The notes: generated by a model from the letters alone, not told the origin. Positions 1-10,463 are shown, numbered from the stretch's first letter. The stretch: 64,000 nucleotides of DNA from an uncultured Planctomycetota bacterium (GCA_963737655.1 CAVTTN010000002.1:4960001-5024000), one strand, 5' to 3'. Numbers and translations: made by a program.

Positions 1-256
1 TCACCGGGATCGACTGGGTCCGGGGATCTTCCTTGAGCTCGCGGATCATCTCGAAACCATCTCGGCCGGGGAGCCCCAGGTCGAGCAAGATCAGCTCCGG
101 CGCCACCGCGAGGGCCAGGAGCATCCCCTCGTCGGCCTGGGCCGCCTCGATCAGCTCGATCGGCTCGGCCCGGAGGTGCTTGCGGACCAGGTGCCGACAG
201 GCTTCCGAGTCCTCGACCAGCAGGACCCGGCGGGTCGGCGACGCGGAGGCGTCCAT
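1..256 (-). CDS. Response regulator receiver-domain protein (truncated by window edge)
   Basis: Hand translation from ATG at 256: [17 protein letters not shown]...[33 protein letters not shown], with the LLVED and ILLD(P) receiver motifs. Confidence 0.88.
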   Translation of the reverse strand, partial: MDASASPTRRVLLVEDSEACRHLVRKHLRAEPIELIEAAQADEGMLLALAVAPELILLDLGLPGRDGFEMIRELKEDPRTQSIPV

Positions 257-340
257 GAGACGTGTGCCTCTCGTTTCGGAAGACGGGGCCGGGACTCGAC
301 GACGGCCCGGAATCTGCCACGCTTTATCCAAGTCTTTAGC

Positions 341-1117
341 TCACAATTCGTCGGCCCGCGATCCGAATTCCTCCAGGGCCGCCAGGGCCGGGGCGACCCG
401 ATCGAGCGACTCGACCGCGACGGTCGGCCGGATCGGGCCGGGGCCCCGGGCCATCGCGTCCAGGAGGCCGAGCGAGGCCAGGTACGCCCGCCTCTCGGGG
501 TCCGTGGGCCCGACGAACGCCCGGTTCCGACGCGGCGGCGCGACCAGGATGGTCCTCATCCCCAGCGACGAGGCCGGCGCGATGTCGTTATCCGGCCGAT
601 CCCCGATCATGACCGCCTCTTCGGGCAGGACCCCGGCCCGGTCCAGGGCGATCCGGAACAGGGCGGGATCGGGCTTGGCCACCCCTTCCTCGTCCGAGAG
701 GGCGATGACCTCGAAGCAATCGAGGATGCCGAGGACGGCCTCCCGGCCGCACGACGGCTGGTTGGCGATGATCCCGAGCCGATAGACGGCCGCCAGGTCG
801 CGGACGACCTCGACGGCGCCGGGGATGGGCGGCTGGAACCGGAGGAAATCGGCCCGGACCTCGCGATCGACGGCCGACCACACGGCGGCGGCCTCCTCCT
901 CCGCGAGATACTTCGTCACGACCTCCCAGACCGGCCATCGCGAGCCCGATCGGGCCCGATCTTCCCTCTCGGCCAGGAGGTCGCCGAACGTCCGATCGGG
1001 GCGGACCCGGCGGATCGCCTCGACATGGCGGCGGAAGACGTGAAAGGTCAGCGCGTCCTCGTCCAGGAGGACGTTCCCCACGTCGAAGAACACCCATGTC
1101 CGGCGGGTCGATCGCAC
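341..1117 (-). CDS. HAD-superfamily hydrolase
   Basis: FFDVGNVL (motif I), AKPDP and MIGDRPDND (motifs III/IV). Start uncertain. Confidence 0.85.
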   Translation of the reverse strand: MRSTRRTWVFFDVGNVLLDEDALTFHVFRRHVEAIRRVRPDRTFGDLLAEREDRARSGSRWPVWEVVTKYLAEEEAAAVWSAVDREVRADFLRFQPPIPGAVEVVRDLAAVYRLGIIANQPSCGREAVLGILDCFEVIALSDEEGVAKPDPALFRIALDRAGVLPEEAVMIGDRPDNDIAPASSLGMRTILVAPPRRNRAFVGPTDPERRAYLASLGLLDAMARGPGPIRPTVAVESLDRVAPALAALEEFGSRADEL

Positions 1118-1264
1118 GGGCCGTTCCGTCCTGATCGCGGGAGGCTGAGGATCGTTCGGGCCCCTTCATGCTGGACCGGCCGGGACTTCCCTGTCAACAT
1201 GCGGGTCCGCGCCTCGACCCGGGGCCCGGAATCGTCGCGAGAGGATCGGGAGGCGGGCGGACTC

Positions 1265-2287
1265 ATGAATCTGTTGACGACCCTTCGCGGATCGATGATG
1301 GAGGGTTTCTTGCCCACGGGCTGGGACCTCGCCCGGATGGACGCCTGCGCGTCCCATCCCCCGTCGGCCATCGCCGATCGCCAGCCCTGGTGGCATCCGC
1401 GATTCCAGCCGGTCGAATGCCGGACCCTCGACGACTTCGACGTCAAGCTCGGCCACGAAATCGCCCTGACGATCAAGACGGCCCGGGATGCGGGGCGAGA
1501 ACTCGCCCTGATCCTGCCCGTGGGGCCGATGGGGATGTATCGCTGGGCCGTCTTCTTCCTGACCGAGTGGGGCGTGCCATGCGACCACGTCCACGGCTTC
1601 AACATGGACGAGTGGAGCGACTCGCGAGGCGAGACCCTCCCGGCCGACCATCCCGGGGCGTTCCGCCACGCGATGGAAACGGCCTTCTATGGCCCTCTGG
1701 GAAACCGCTCGGTCCCCCACGACCGCCGATGGTTCGCCACCCCGGACCGTCTCCCCCACTATGCGGCGAAGATCGCCGAGTTGAAGGCCGGAGGGGCCGA
1801 GCTCGCCGTCATTTTCGGGATCGGCCGGGTCTGCCACATCGCCTTCTGGGAACCCCACTTCGCCGCCGAGTTCGACTCGGTGGACGCCTGGAAGGCCCAG
1901 ACCCACCGCCTCGGCGCGAAGTTGCATCCGCTGACGATCGAACAGAACGCCCTGACGAGCTTCCGCAGCCGGACGACCCTCGTCCCGGCGTTCGCCAACA
2001 CGATCGGCCCGGGATTGTTCCTCCAGGCCGACCGGATCATCGGCGGGGCCGATGGCGTGTTCGGCCGAGGGATGCAATGGCAGGGCCTGAGCCTCTGGAC
2101 CACCCTGCGCTACGGCCCCGATCCGTGGGTGCCGAGCTCGTTCATGCCCACGATGCCCGGCCGGCTGTTCTACCTCGCCGAGCTGGCCGGGCCCTTGCTT
2201 CCGGACATGAATTCAGGGCGCTGTCCATCTCGTCTTGTCGGGTGGCATGCTTACGTCTTCGTAAGCATGCCTTCGGAACGAGACTGA
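1265..2287 (+). CDS. Glucosamine-6-phosphate deaminase/isomerase (NagB-like) family protein
   Basis: [14 protein letters not shown] and [13 protein letters not shown] motifs. ATG at 1265 follows GGAGG; the upstream part of ORF 176..2287 is antisense shadow of the HAD gene. Confidence 0.8.
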   Translation: MNLLTTLRGSMMEGFLPTGWDLARMDACASHPPSAIADRQPWWHPRFQPVECRTLDDFDVKLGHEIALTIKTARDAGRELALILPVGPMGMYRWAVFFLTEWGVPCDHVHGFNMDEWSDSRGETLPADHPGAFRHAMETAFYGPLGNRSVPHDRRWFATPDRLPHYAAKIAELKAGGAELAVIFGIGRVCHIAFWEPHFAAEFDSVDAWKAQTHRLGAKLHPLTIEQNALTSFRSRTTLVPAFANTIGPGLFLQADRIIGGADGVFGRGMQWQGLSLWTTLRYGPDPWVPSSFMPTMPGRLFYLAELAGPLLPDMNSGRCPSRLVGWHAYVFVSMPSERD

Positions 2288-2324
2288 CTGAAGACATGCT
2301 TACGAAGACGTAAGCATGCCACCC
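2240..2324. repeat. Family A palindromic doublet (REP/REPIN-like), copy 1
   Basis: GGGTGGCATGCTTACG-TCTT-CGTAAGCATG followed by its exact reverse complement; 85 bp overall. Confidence 0.92.
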
Positions 2325-2353
2325 AACATCTGGCCTTCAACCCGAAGCGAGCT

Positions 2354-2842
2354 TTACGGCTTCTTCGTCTCGATGGTGGTCTTCGTCGTGGTGGTCTTGG
2401 TCGTCGTGGTCGCCGAAACCGGGGCGATGGCCAGGGAATCGACCACGGAGGTCACCCCGGCGGTGTCTCGGGCGAGAGTCAGCGCCTTGGTCCGGGCGGC
2501 TTGATCGGGGACCGATCCCTTCAGGATGATCGTCGAATCGCCCTGGCGTTCCAGCTCGATCGGGGCGTTGACCAGGTCCTTGTCCCAGTGGATTCGCGAG
2601 TACACGCGGGCCTCGACGCCCATGCCGTGGACCGAGGCGCGGGCCTTCTGGAAGCCTTCACGGAGGCTGTCACCGACCTCCTCCGCCCCGTGCTTGATCC
2701 CTTCCCCGATCCGGCCGGCCCCCTTCTTGATCTCCTGGGCCGCCCCGCCGAGGCCCTGATAGGCCATCCCTGCCCGGCCCAGCGCCCCCACCAGGAGGAC
2801 CGTCCCGATCGCCACGCCCCATTTCGCCCGGTTGCCCATCAT
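2354..2842 (-). CDS. BON-domain secreted/membrane protein
   Basis: N-terminal hydrophobic segment, then IILKGSVPDQAARTKALTLARDTAGVTSVVDSL (BON pattern) and a Thr-rich tail. Confidence 0.82.
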   Translation of the reverse strand: MMGNRAKWGVAIGTVLLVGALGRAGMAYQGLGGAAQEIKKGAGRIGEGIKHGAEEVGDSLREGFQKARASVHGMGVEARVYSRIHWDKDLVNAPIELERQGDSTIILKGSVPDQAARTKALTLARDTAGVTSVVDSLAIAPVSATTTTKTTTTKTTIETKKP

Positions 2843-2895
2843 TGCATCGTTCTCCTACGAATGTCTCTGGATTTTCGTCGCACTCGTCCTGAAGC

Positions 2896-2913
2896 ATGCA
2901 AACATTGAGCCAA
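2896..2913 (-). promoter_or_regulatory. Candidate sigma54 (-24/-12) promoter for the BON gene
   Basis: Minus strand TTGGCTCAATGTTTGCAT = GG-N10-GC with TTGCA, about 55 bp upstream of the ATG. Confidence 0.55.
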
Positions 2914-3034
2914 AGACGGTCGCAATTCGGCCCGGGATTCGCTAGTATGGCCCGTGATCGTGGCCGGAGATCCATCGATCCCGGGATCGTCGGGCGAGGG
3001 ATCGTCCGGCCTCCCCATCCTCGAGGTTTCACCG

Positions 3035-3223
3035 ATGTCCCAAGCCACCACGACGACTCCGTTCCCCGTCTCGGGCACTCAGGCCGCGTTCCCCGCCGGG
3101 CAAAAGCTGCAATGCGGCTCGTGCGGGTCGGAGATCGAGATCCTGAAGCCCTGTTCGTGCCAACCGCCCGACCAGGTCCTGAAGTGCTGCGGGAAGGACA
3201 TGGTGCCGAGCACGTCCGCCTGA
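3035..3223 (+). CDS. Small Cys-rich metal-binding protein (desulforedoxin-like)
   Basis: 62 aa, CGSC-x9-CSC-x8-CCGKDM; GAGG upstream of ATG 3035. Confidence 0.7.
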   Translation: MSQATTTTPFPVSGTQAAFPAGQKLQCGSCGSEIEILKPCSCQPPDQVLKCCGKDMVPSTSA

Positions 3224-3230
3224 TCTTCGA

Positions 3231-4079
3231 TCAGCCGAGAGCGGCCAGGGAGCGGCGGAGCAGGTCCAGCCCGAGCCGGATGTCCCGGACTCGCGCCCCT
3301 TGGTCGCCCACCTCGCGCTCGATGGCGATCGGCCCGTGAAAGCCGATCCGATTCAGGGCGAGGAGGAAGGCGGGGATGTCCACCTCCCCCTGGCCGAGCG
3401 GGACTTCCTCGCCCCAGGTGCCGGGGACCTTCGGCCTCCGGGCGTCCTTGGCGTGGACGCTGCGGATGTCCGGCCCCAGCACCTCGACGGCCCGGATCGG
3501 GTCGCCCATGTCGTACAGGAGCATGTTCGCCGGGTCGAAATTGACCTTCAGGTTCGGCGCCGCCAGGTCGTCGAGGGTCTGGCGGAGCAGGTCGGCCGAT
3601 TCCTGGCCGGTCTCGAAGGCGAGGGTGACCCCCACGTCCTGGGCCATCCGTCCGGCCTTCGCCAGCGTGTCGAGCATCGCCCGGCGGTCCGGATGGCCCG
3701 GCGAGGGCAGGAACCCGGCGTGGAGGGTCAGGTCGGCCAGGCCGAGCGAGACGGTGCGATCCAGGCCCCAGGCCAGGCGGTCGAGCCTCTCGGCCCGGAG
3801 CGCGGGGTCGCCGAACCCGCCGGTCGCCTGGATCGTCCGGGGAGTGGTGTAGTCCTCGCCCGGGAACCCGAGCATCGCCCCGGTGAACGTCAGGCCCGAG
3901 GCGAGGGCGGCCTCCGGCATCGATTCCCCCTCGACCCAGTCCGCGTGGTGGGGGTCTCCGCAGGCGATCTGCGCGGTCGAGACCCCGAGGTCCGTCAGGA
4001 GGCGGACGAGCTCGGGAATGCTCGTGACCTGGAGGCTCCAACTGCACACGCCGAGAGCCGGCGACGGATCGGCCGTCAT
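3231..4079 (-). CDS. Sugar-phosphate isomerase/epimerase (xylose-isomerase-like TIM barrel)
   Basis: GVCSWSL, LAFETGQE, VNFDPAN, VHAKD, GQGEVD and IERE motifs. Confidence 0.88.
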   Translation of the reverse strand: MTADPSPALGVCSWSLQVTSIPELVRLLTDLGVSTAQIACGDPHHADWVEGESMPEAALASGLTFTGAMLGFPGEDYTTPRTIQATGGFGDPALRAERLDRLAWGLDRTVSLGLADLTLHAGFLPSPGHPDRRAMLDTLAKAGRMAQDVGVTLAFETGQESADLLRQTLDDLAAPNLKVNFDPANMLLYDMGDPIRAVEVLGPDIRSVHAKDARRPKVPGTWGEEVPLGQGEVDIPAFLLALNRIGFHGPIAIEREVGDQGARVRDIRLGLDLLRRSLAALG

Positions 4080-4207
4080 GATCGCAACCCTTGCGGAGTC
4101 CGGGGAGGAGACGTTCGGTTCGAGACCGATCGTCCGCCAGGTTCGCGGGGACGGCCCGGAAATGCAACGGGGTGGCGGGGCGTCTTTCTTGCGTACGTCC
4201 CTCCGGT

Positions 4208-5182
4208 TCAATCGGCGACGGTCACCGGGGTGTGCCGGGTGATGATGTCGCGATCGACGCCCTGATCGACGCGATTGCGGCCCATCCGCTTGGCCCGGTA
4301 GAGCGACCGATCGGCGTCGGTGACCAGGGCGAGGCCGTCTCGGGGCGTGCCGGGACGGTCGAAGGCGACGCCGAAGCTGGCGGTGACCTTCAGCGAGGTG
4401 GCGCCGAGGCGGATCGGCCACTCGGCCAGCCCTTGACGGATCGCCTCGGCCCGTCGTCGGGCCAGGACGAGCGATTCGACCGGCAGGGCCACGGCGAACT
4501 CCTCCCCCCCGTAGCGGGCCACCAGGTCCTCCGGCCGGGTGAACCGGCGAATCCGGCCGGCGACCTCGCGGAGGACGCCGTCTCCCCCGTCGTGGCCCAG
4601 CGTGTCGTTGACCCTCTTGAAGTGGTCCACGTCCATCAGGACCACGGCCAGGCCGATATTGGAGGAGATCGCCCGATTGGCCAGGTTCCGCAGCCCCTCG
4701 ACGAAGTAGGAGCGATTGTACAGGCCGGTCAGGGGATCGCGCACGGTCCTCTCGAACATGGCGTGCTGGAAGGCCTCTTCCTCGGCCGAGGGGCAAGAGA
4801 ATCGCAGGGCCAGCCTGGGTCCGAACCGGAGGCGGTCGCCGTCCTGGATCGCCACGGGGGTCAGGGGCTTGAGCCTCACCTCGTTGCGAAACGTGCCGTT
4901 GGTGCTGCGGAGGTCGGTCACGAAGGCCGAGCCGTCCTCCCCGGTCCTCACCACGGCGTGGCGCCGGGAGATGTCGGGCTCGGGCAGGCTCAGGCCGTTC
5001 TCGCCGCCTCGACCGATCGTCATGGAGCCCTCCCCCAGGCGGATCATCGCGCCCGGGGTCGGCCCGTTCAGGTGGATCAGGTAGCGTCCCCGGGCGCCAT
5101 CGGGTCGGGCCTCGGGGACCGCGGTGATCAGATCGCCGAAGAGGGTTGCGTGCCGATCGTCCATGGATGGTCCCGCCATCAT
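4208..5182 (-). CDS. FHA-GGDEF diguanylate cyclase
   Basis: FHA motifs (IGRG, ISRRHA, DLRSTNGT) plus DPLTGLYNR, DVDHFKRVND and RYGGEEF; RPED I-site present. Confidence 0.93.
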   Translation of the reverse strand: MMAGPSMDDRHATLFGDLITAVPEARPDGARGRYLIHLNGPTPGAMIRLGEGSMTIGRGGENGLSLPEPDISRRHAVVRTGEDGSAFVTDLRSTNGTFRNEVRLKPLTPVAIQDGDRLRFGPRLALRFSCPSAEEEAFQHAMFERTVRDPLTGLYNRSYFVEGLRNLANRAISSNIGLAVVLMDVDHFKRVNDTLGHDGGDGVLREVAGRIRRFTRPEDLVARYGGEEFAVALPVESLVLARRRAEAIRQGLAEWPIRLGATSLKVTASFGVAFDRPGTPRDGLALVTDADRSLYRAKRMGRNRVDQGVDRDIITRHTPVTVAD

Positions 5183-5369
5183 CCCGGGGAGGCGAGCGGA
5201 ACGACCGGCCCGGCCCGGCCCGAAGAGAGGGAGAGGCGCTCGCTCTGGGAGGAAGCTAGGTCGCCTTCTTGGGCTGTCAAGTGGCGATCGGTGGCGACTC
5301 GCCTCCCGGTCCCCTCGTCGCTATGATGACCGGAGATCCGCCCGGCGAGACCGACCAGGGGATGCGACC

Positions 5370-5708
5370 ATGGATCGTCCCGAGACCCGTCGCCCGCGAC
5401 GATCCCTCGGCCTGAGGGCGGCCCTGGCCGTCGTCGCCTTCGCGGCGATGGTCCTGGCCCTGGTCGCGCAGTCCCGGAGGGCGGCCCTCCGCGAAGCCCG
5501 TCTGGTCGAGGAGCTCCGGGCCGAGAGGCACCGCGCCCAGGGCTATCGGCGGCTCGCCCGGATGGCCCTGGAAGGCGGGCCCGCCATCCCCCTCCACGCG
5601 CTCTCGCGCGAGTATCGCGAGGAGGAGGAGCGGTTCCGTCGCGAAGCCGTCCGCCTCCGCACCGGGCAAGCTCCCCAAGTCCCCCCCGACCCCGAGGCGT
5701 CCCGATGA
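5370..5708 (+). CDS. Small single-TM hypothetical protein
   Basis: RRSLGLRAALAVVAFAAMVLAL followed by a charged helical region; ATGA overlap with the next gene. Confidence 0.6.
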   Translation: MDRPETRRPRRSLGLRAALAVVAFAAMVLALVAQSRRAALREARLVEELRAERHRAQGYRRLARMALEGGPAIPLHALSREYREEEERFRREAVRLRTGQAPQVPPDPEASR

Positions 5709-6718
5709 AGGCCATCGTCCTGAGCGCCGTCGGCGGTGTCGAGGCCCTGGAACTCCGCGACGTCCCCGACCCGGTCGCCGGGCCGGGGGAGGTCGTCGTC
5801 CTCCTGGAGAGGGCCGCGCTGAACCATCGCGACGTGTGGATTCGCAAGGGGATGTACGCCGGGATGAAGCTCCCGGCGATCCTCGGCTCCGACGGCTTCG
5901 GCCGGGTGGAGAGCGTCGGGCCGGGCGTCGCTCCCTCGCTCGAGGGCCGCTCGGTGGTGATCGGCCCGGGGCTCGACTGGGGCGACGACCAGCGCATCCC
6001 CGGTCCCAAGTTCCGGGTCCTGGGGATGCCCGACGACGGCACCTACGCCCGGAAGATCAAGACGCCGGCCTCGAACGTCTTCGACGCCCCGCCGAACCTC
6101 TCTCCGGGCGAGGCCGCGGCCCTCCCCCTGGCGGGCCTGACCGCCTATCGCGCCCTGGCCACCCGGGCCCAGTTGAAGGCCGGCGAAACCCTCCTGATCA
6201 CCGGGATCGGAGGAGGGGTCTCGGCCATCGCCTTGCCGATCGCCCGGGCGATGGGGGCCCGCGTGTTCGTCACCTCGGGCAGCGACGAGAAGCTCGCGAC
6301 GGCCTCGGCGATGGGGGCCGAAGGCGGCGTGAATTACCGCTCCGGCGACTGGACCAAGGCCGCCCTCTCCCTGATCGGCAACGAGGGGCCCGACGTGATC
6401 CTCGACAGCGTCGGCGGCGAGACGTTCTCCCGGGCCCTGGGCGTCGTCCGTCGAGGAGGCCGGATCGTCACCTACGGAGCCACGACCGGGCCGGCCGACA
6501 AGTACGAGATCACCCGCCTCTTCTGGAAGCAGATCGACGTCCTCGGCACCACGATGGGCAGCCCGAAGGAATTCGCCGAATTATTGAAGCTGGTGGGCGA
6601 TCACGACATCCGCCCGGCCGTCGATCGGACCTTCCCCCTGGCCGAGGCCGCCGAGGCCCACCGCCGGATGGAAGAGGCCGGCCAGTTCGGCAAGATCCTC
6701 CTGGACGTGACCTCATAA
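5705..6718 (+). CDS. MDR-family NAD(P)H:quinone oxidoreductase / Zn-binding dehydrogenase-like protein
   Basis: ALNHRD, ILGSDGFG, AGLTAYRAL and QFGKILL motifs. Confidence 0.9.
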   Translation: MKAIVLSAVGGVEALELRDVPDPVAGPGEVVVLLERAALNHRDVWIRKGMYAGMKLPAILGSDGFGRVESVGPGVAPSLEGRSVVIGPGLDWGDDQRIPGPKFRVLGMPDDGTYARKIKTPASNVFDAPPNLSPGEAAALPLAGLTAYRALATRAQLKAGETLLITGIGGGVSAIALPIARAMGARVFVTSGSDEKLATASAMGAEGGVNYRSGDWTKAALSLIGNEGPDVILDSVGGETFSRALGVVRRGGRIVTYGATTGPADKYEITRLFWKQIDVLGTTMGSPKEFAELLKLVGDHDIRPAVDRTFPLAEAAEAHRRMEEAGQFGKILLDVTS

Positions 6719-6835
6719 CGGTCCGCCGCCCTCCGAATCCAAACCTCGCCGAATGGGCCTCTGGGGCCTTCCTTTCGACCCCATTTCCTGGCAAGCTCCC
6801 CCTGGCCCGATTCGCCCGCCGCCGGAGGCTCGACC

Positions 6836-8314
6836 ATGTTCGCCGCCCTCGCCTGGTTCGCTCTCGCGACGATGAACGCCCCGGCCGACCCGGCACCCTT
6901 GAAGGTCTGCCTGGTCTCGGGGTCCGAGGAGTACGATTCCGACTCCTCGCTCTCGGCGTTTCAGGGCCATCTCGAAGCCCTTTATCCGGTCAAGTGCGTG
7001 CTCCTGAAGGCGAAGGGCTTCGGCGAGCTGCCCGGCCTCGAAGCGCTCGACGATTGCGACGTCGCCCTGTTCTTCACCCGGCGGTTGACGATCTCCGGCG
7101 ATCCACTGGAGCGAGTGAAGCGATACGCGCTCTCGAAGAAGCCGATCGTGGCGGTCCGCACCGCCTCCCACGGGTTCCAGAACTGGCTGGAGTTCGACCC
7201 GCTCGTGCTCGGCGGCCATTACACGAACCACCACAGCAATGACCTGGCACTCCGGGCGAAGCTCACGCCTCTCGGGGCGGGCCATCCGGCGATGCAAGGG
7301 GTCAAGGGACTGGCCTCCCGGGCGAGCCTCTACAAGGTTTCCCCGCTGGCCGAGGATTGCAAGGTCCTGTTGATGGGCGGCTCGCCCGAGGGGACCGAGC
7401 CGGTCGCGTGGTCTCGCGAGAAGGACGGCAAGCGGGTCTTCTACACGTCGCTCGGGGCGAAGTCCGACTTCGAGAACGGCACGTTCCGCCGGATGCTGGC
7501 GAATTCCCTGTTCTGGGCCGCCGGCCGGGACGTCCCGAAGGTCGAGCTACCGACCCCGCCCACCCGGACCCGTCCCGAAGGCACGATCTCGTTGACCCTC
7601 CGCACCCGGTCCGAAACCTCGCCCGGCCACTGGGAGGAGAAGGCCGTCACGAAGGATGTGCCGGTGGCCGAGACCGCCATCGTCATCTGCGACATGTGGG
7701 ACAAGCACTGGTGCAAGGGCGCCACCGATCGCGGCGACGTGATCGCCAGGACGATGGCCCCGCTGATCGACTCGGCGAGGAAGGCGGGCGTCCAGATCGT
7801 CCATGCCCCGTCGGATTGCATGGACTTCTATGCCGACACCCCCCAGAGACGCCGGATGCAGCTCGCCCCGGCCGCGACCCCGCCCGCGAACAAGACCATC
7901 AACGAGCCGCCGTTGCCGATCGACGACTCCGACGGCGGTTGCGACACCAACGACCCGATGTACCTGGCCTGGACCCGCCAGAACCCCAGGATCTCGGTCC
8001 GGGAACCCGACGGCGTGACCGACAACGGCGGCGAATGCTTCAACCTGTTCCGTCAACAGGGGATCAAGACGGTGATCGTGATGGGCGTCCACACGAACAT
8101 GTGCGTCCTGAATCGCTCATTCGCCATCCGGCAGATGACGCGGTGGGGGTTCGACTGCGTGCTGGTCCGCGACCTCACGGACACGATGTACAACCCGGCG
8201 ATGAGGCCGAAGGTCCCCCACGAGGTCGGCACGGATCTGGTGGTCGAGCACATCGAGAAGTACTGGGCGCCTTCGACGACGGCCGCCGAGCTCACGAAGG
8301 CCCTGCCGAAGTGA
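6836..8314 (+). CDS. Secreted ThuA-like + isochorismatase-like fusion protein
   Basis: Signal peptide; N-half EPVAWSRE/RVFYTSLG (ThuA-like); C-half IVICDMWDKHWC, MGVHTNMCV and VRDLTD (isochorismatase-like). Confidence 0.8.
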   Translation: MFAALAWFALATMNAPADPAPLKVCLVSGSEEYDSDSSLSAFQGHLEALYPVKCVLLKAKGFGELPGLEALDDCDVALFFTRRLTISGDPLERVKRYALSKKPIVAVRTASHGFQNWLEFDPLVLGGHYTNHHSNDLALRAKLTPLGAGHPAMQGVKGLASRASLYKVSPLAEDCKVLLMGGSPEGTEPVAWSREKDGKRVFYTSLGAKSDFENGTFRRMLANSLFWAAGRDVPKVELPTPPTRTRPEGTISLTLRTRSETSPGHWEEKAVTKDVPVAETAIVICDMWDKHWCKGATDRGDVIARTMAPLIDSARKAGVQIVHAPSDCMDFYADTPQRRRMQLAPAATPPANKTINEPPLPIDDSDGGCDTNDPMYLAWTRQNPRISVREPDGVTDNGGECFNLFRQQGIKTVIVMGVHTNMCVLNRSFAIRQMTRWGFDCVLVRDLTDTMYNPAMRPKVPHEVGTDLVVEHIEKYWAPSTTAAELTKALPK

Positions 8315-8691
8315 GGGGCGACCTCCTGTTCGCTTACGGGACGCTCGGGCCGTCCGAAGGCGACCCGGGCGAGTGGTCGGAGGACGCGATCCGCGGCCGG
8401 CTCTTCGACCTCGGGCCGCATCCCCTGCTCGTCGGTTGGGACGACCCGTCGGCCGGATGGGTCGCCGGGCACGTCCGGCCGGTGGATCGGGCGGAGATGG
8501 AGGGCGAGCTCGACGCCTACGAGGGCGTGGCGGAGGACTATTTCCGCCGCGTCCGGGTCGAGGCACGCTCGGGCCGGACGGTCTGGGTTTACGTCTGGCC
8601 CCGCCCGGTGCCACAATATGCCCGGGGGCCCCTGGACCGCTGGGACGGCCCCCGACGCGACCGCCCGACGCGACCCCCTTCGACCCCTTGA
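8311..8691 (+). CDS. Gamma-glutamylcyclotransferase family protein
   Basis: LFAYGTL, LDAYEG and VWVYVW motifs; GTGA overlap with the upstream stop. Confidence 0.8.
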   Translation: MRGDLLFAYGTLGPSEGDPGEWSEDAIRGRLFDLGPHPLLVGWDDPSAGWVAGHVRPVDRAEMEGELDAYEGVAEDYFRRVRVEARSGRTVWVYVWPRPVPQYARGPLDRWDGPRRDRPTRPPSTP

Positions 8692-8710
8692 TCCGTTTCG
8701 GAGGCCCCCC

Positions 8711-10405
8711 GTGGCGACCGCGACCCCTTCGACCTCGACCGACGACGCGCCCGCCGAAACCCCCGCCGTGACCATCGGCGAATACCTGATTCAGCGGCTG
8801 CACGACCTGGGCGTCGGGCACATCTTCGGCATCCCGGGGGACTACATCCTCGGCCTGTACAAGATGCTGGAAGCCAGCCCGATCGAGCTCGTGGGCGTGA
8901 CCCGGGAAGACTCGGCCGGGTTCGCGGCGGACGCCTATGCCCGGGTCAACGGCATCGGCTGCGTGGCCGTGACGTATTGCGTGGGCGGGCTCAGCCTGTG
9001 CAACTCGATCGCCGGGGCGTTCGCCGAGAAATCGCCCGTGGTCGTCCTGGGCGGCTCCCCGGGGATGAACGAGCGAGATCGGAACCCCTTGCTCCATCAC
9101 AAGGTCAAGGGGTTCGAGACGCAATTCGAGGTCATGGAGAAGCTCACCGAGGCGTCGGCCGTCCTGGACGACCCGCTCACGGCGTTCGCCGAGATCGACC
9201 GCGTCCTGGCGGCGGCCCAGCGGTTCAAGAGGCCGGTCTATCTCGAGATCCCCAGGGACATGGTCACGGCCCGCCAGGTGATCCCTCACCGGACCCACTC
9301 CGCCCTGCCGCCGAGCGACCCGGACGCCCTCCGCGAAGCCCTGGACGAAGCCTGCGCCCTGCTCTCCCGGGCCCGCCAGCCGATGATCCTGGCCGACGTC
9401 GAGATCCACCGCTTCGGCCTCCAGGATGAGCTGATCGCCCTGGCCGAGGAGGCGCAGCTGCCGATCGCCACGACGATCCTGGGCAAGAGCGTCGTCTCCG
9501 AGGCCCATCCGCTGTTCGTGGGCGTTTACGAAGGGGCGATGGGCCGAGAGGAAGTCACCGCATACCTGGAAAACTCCGACTGCCTGCTGATGCTCGGCTG
9601 CTTCTTGACGGACATCAACCTCGGCATCTTCACGGCCAACCTCGACCCGTCGAAGTGCATCAACGCGACGAGCGAGGACCTGCAAATCCGCCACCACCAT
9701 TACCGGGAGGTCCGGCTCGACGACTTCATGAGCGGCCTCCGGCAGAGGGGGCTGAAGCTCCCCAAGCCGAACCCGCCGGCCCGCCCGGCCGCGCCGAAGG
9801 GGCCGTGGAGCCCGTCCCCGGACACGGCGATGACCTCCGCCCGCCTCTTCAGCCGCCTCAACACGCTTTTGGACGACTCGATGGTCGTGATCGCCGACAT
9901 CGGCGACGCCCTGTTCGGCTCGGCCGATCTGGTGATGACCCGGAGGACCGAGTTCATCAGCCCCGCGTACTATACGTCGATGGGATTCGGCGTGCCGGCC
10001 GCCCTGGGCGCGGGGATGGCGAATCGGTCGCTCCGCCCCCTGGTCGTCGTGGGGGACGGCGCCTTCCAGATGACCGGGATGGAGCTCTCGACGATCGTCC
10101 GCCAGAAACTGGCCCCGATCGTCGTCGTGATGAACAACAAGGGGTACACGACCGAGCGGTTCCTGCTCGAAGGCTCGTTCAACGACATCCAGAACTGGCA
10201 ATTCCACAAGCTGCCGGAGGTCTTCGGGGCCGGGCTCGGCCTGGAGGTCCACACCGAGAGCGAACTCGACGCCGCCCTGAATCGGGCCGTGGCGAACACC
10301 GAGAGCTTCACGCTCTTGAACGTCCATCTCGACCCGCTCGACCGAAGCCCGGCCCTCGATCGCCTGGCGCAGAAGCTGGCGTCGAGGGTCCGGGGGGATC
10401 ACTAA
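8711..10405 (+). CDS. TPP-dependent alpha-keto acid decarboxylase (indolepyruvate/pyruvate decarboxylase family)
   Basis: FGIPGDY, ADAYAR, LLHH and GDGAFQMTGMEL...NNKGY; GTG start after GGAGG. Confidence 0.92.
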   Translation: MATATPSTSTDDAPAETPAVTIGEYLIQRLHDLGVGHIFGIPGDYILGLYKMLEASPIELVGVTREDSAGFAADAYARVNGIGCVAVTYCVGGLSLCNSIAGAFAEKSPVVVLGGSPGMNERDRNPLLHHKVKGFETQFEVMEKLTEASAVLDDPLTAFAEIDRVLAAAQRFKRPVYLEIPRDMVTARQVIPHRTHSALPPSDPDALREALDEACALLSRARQPMILADVEIHRFGLQDELIALAEEAQLPIATTILGKSVVSEAHPLFVGVYEGAMGREEVTAYLENSDCLLMLGCFLTDINLGIFTANLDPSKCINATSEDLQIRHHHYREVRLDDFMSGLRQRGLKLPKPNPPARPAAPKGPWSPSPDTAMTSARLFSRLNTLLDDSMVVIADIGDALFGSADLVMTRRTEFISPAYYTSMGFGVPAALGAGMANRSLRPLVVVGDGAFQMTGMELSTIVRQKLAPIVVVMNNKGYTTERFLLEGSFNDIQNWQFHKLPEVFGAGLGLEVHTESELDAALNRAVANTESFTLLNVHLDPLDRSPALDRLAQKLASRVRGDH

Positions 10406-10463
10406 AGCGGTTTTCGATCGGATGTGGCGGTCCGCGGGCCGATGGAGGTTGAGGACGGCCTCA

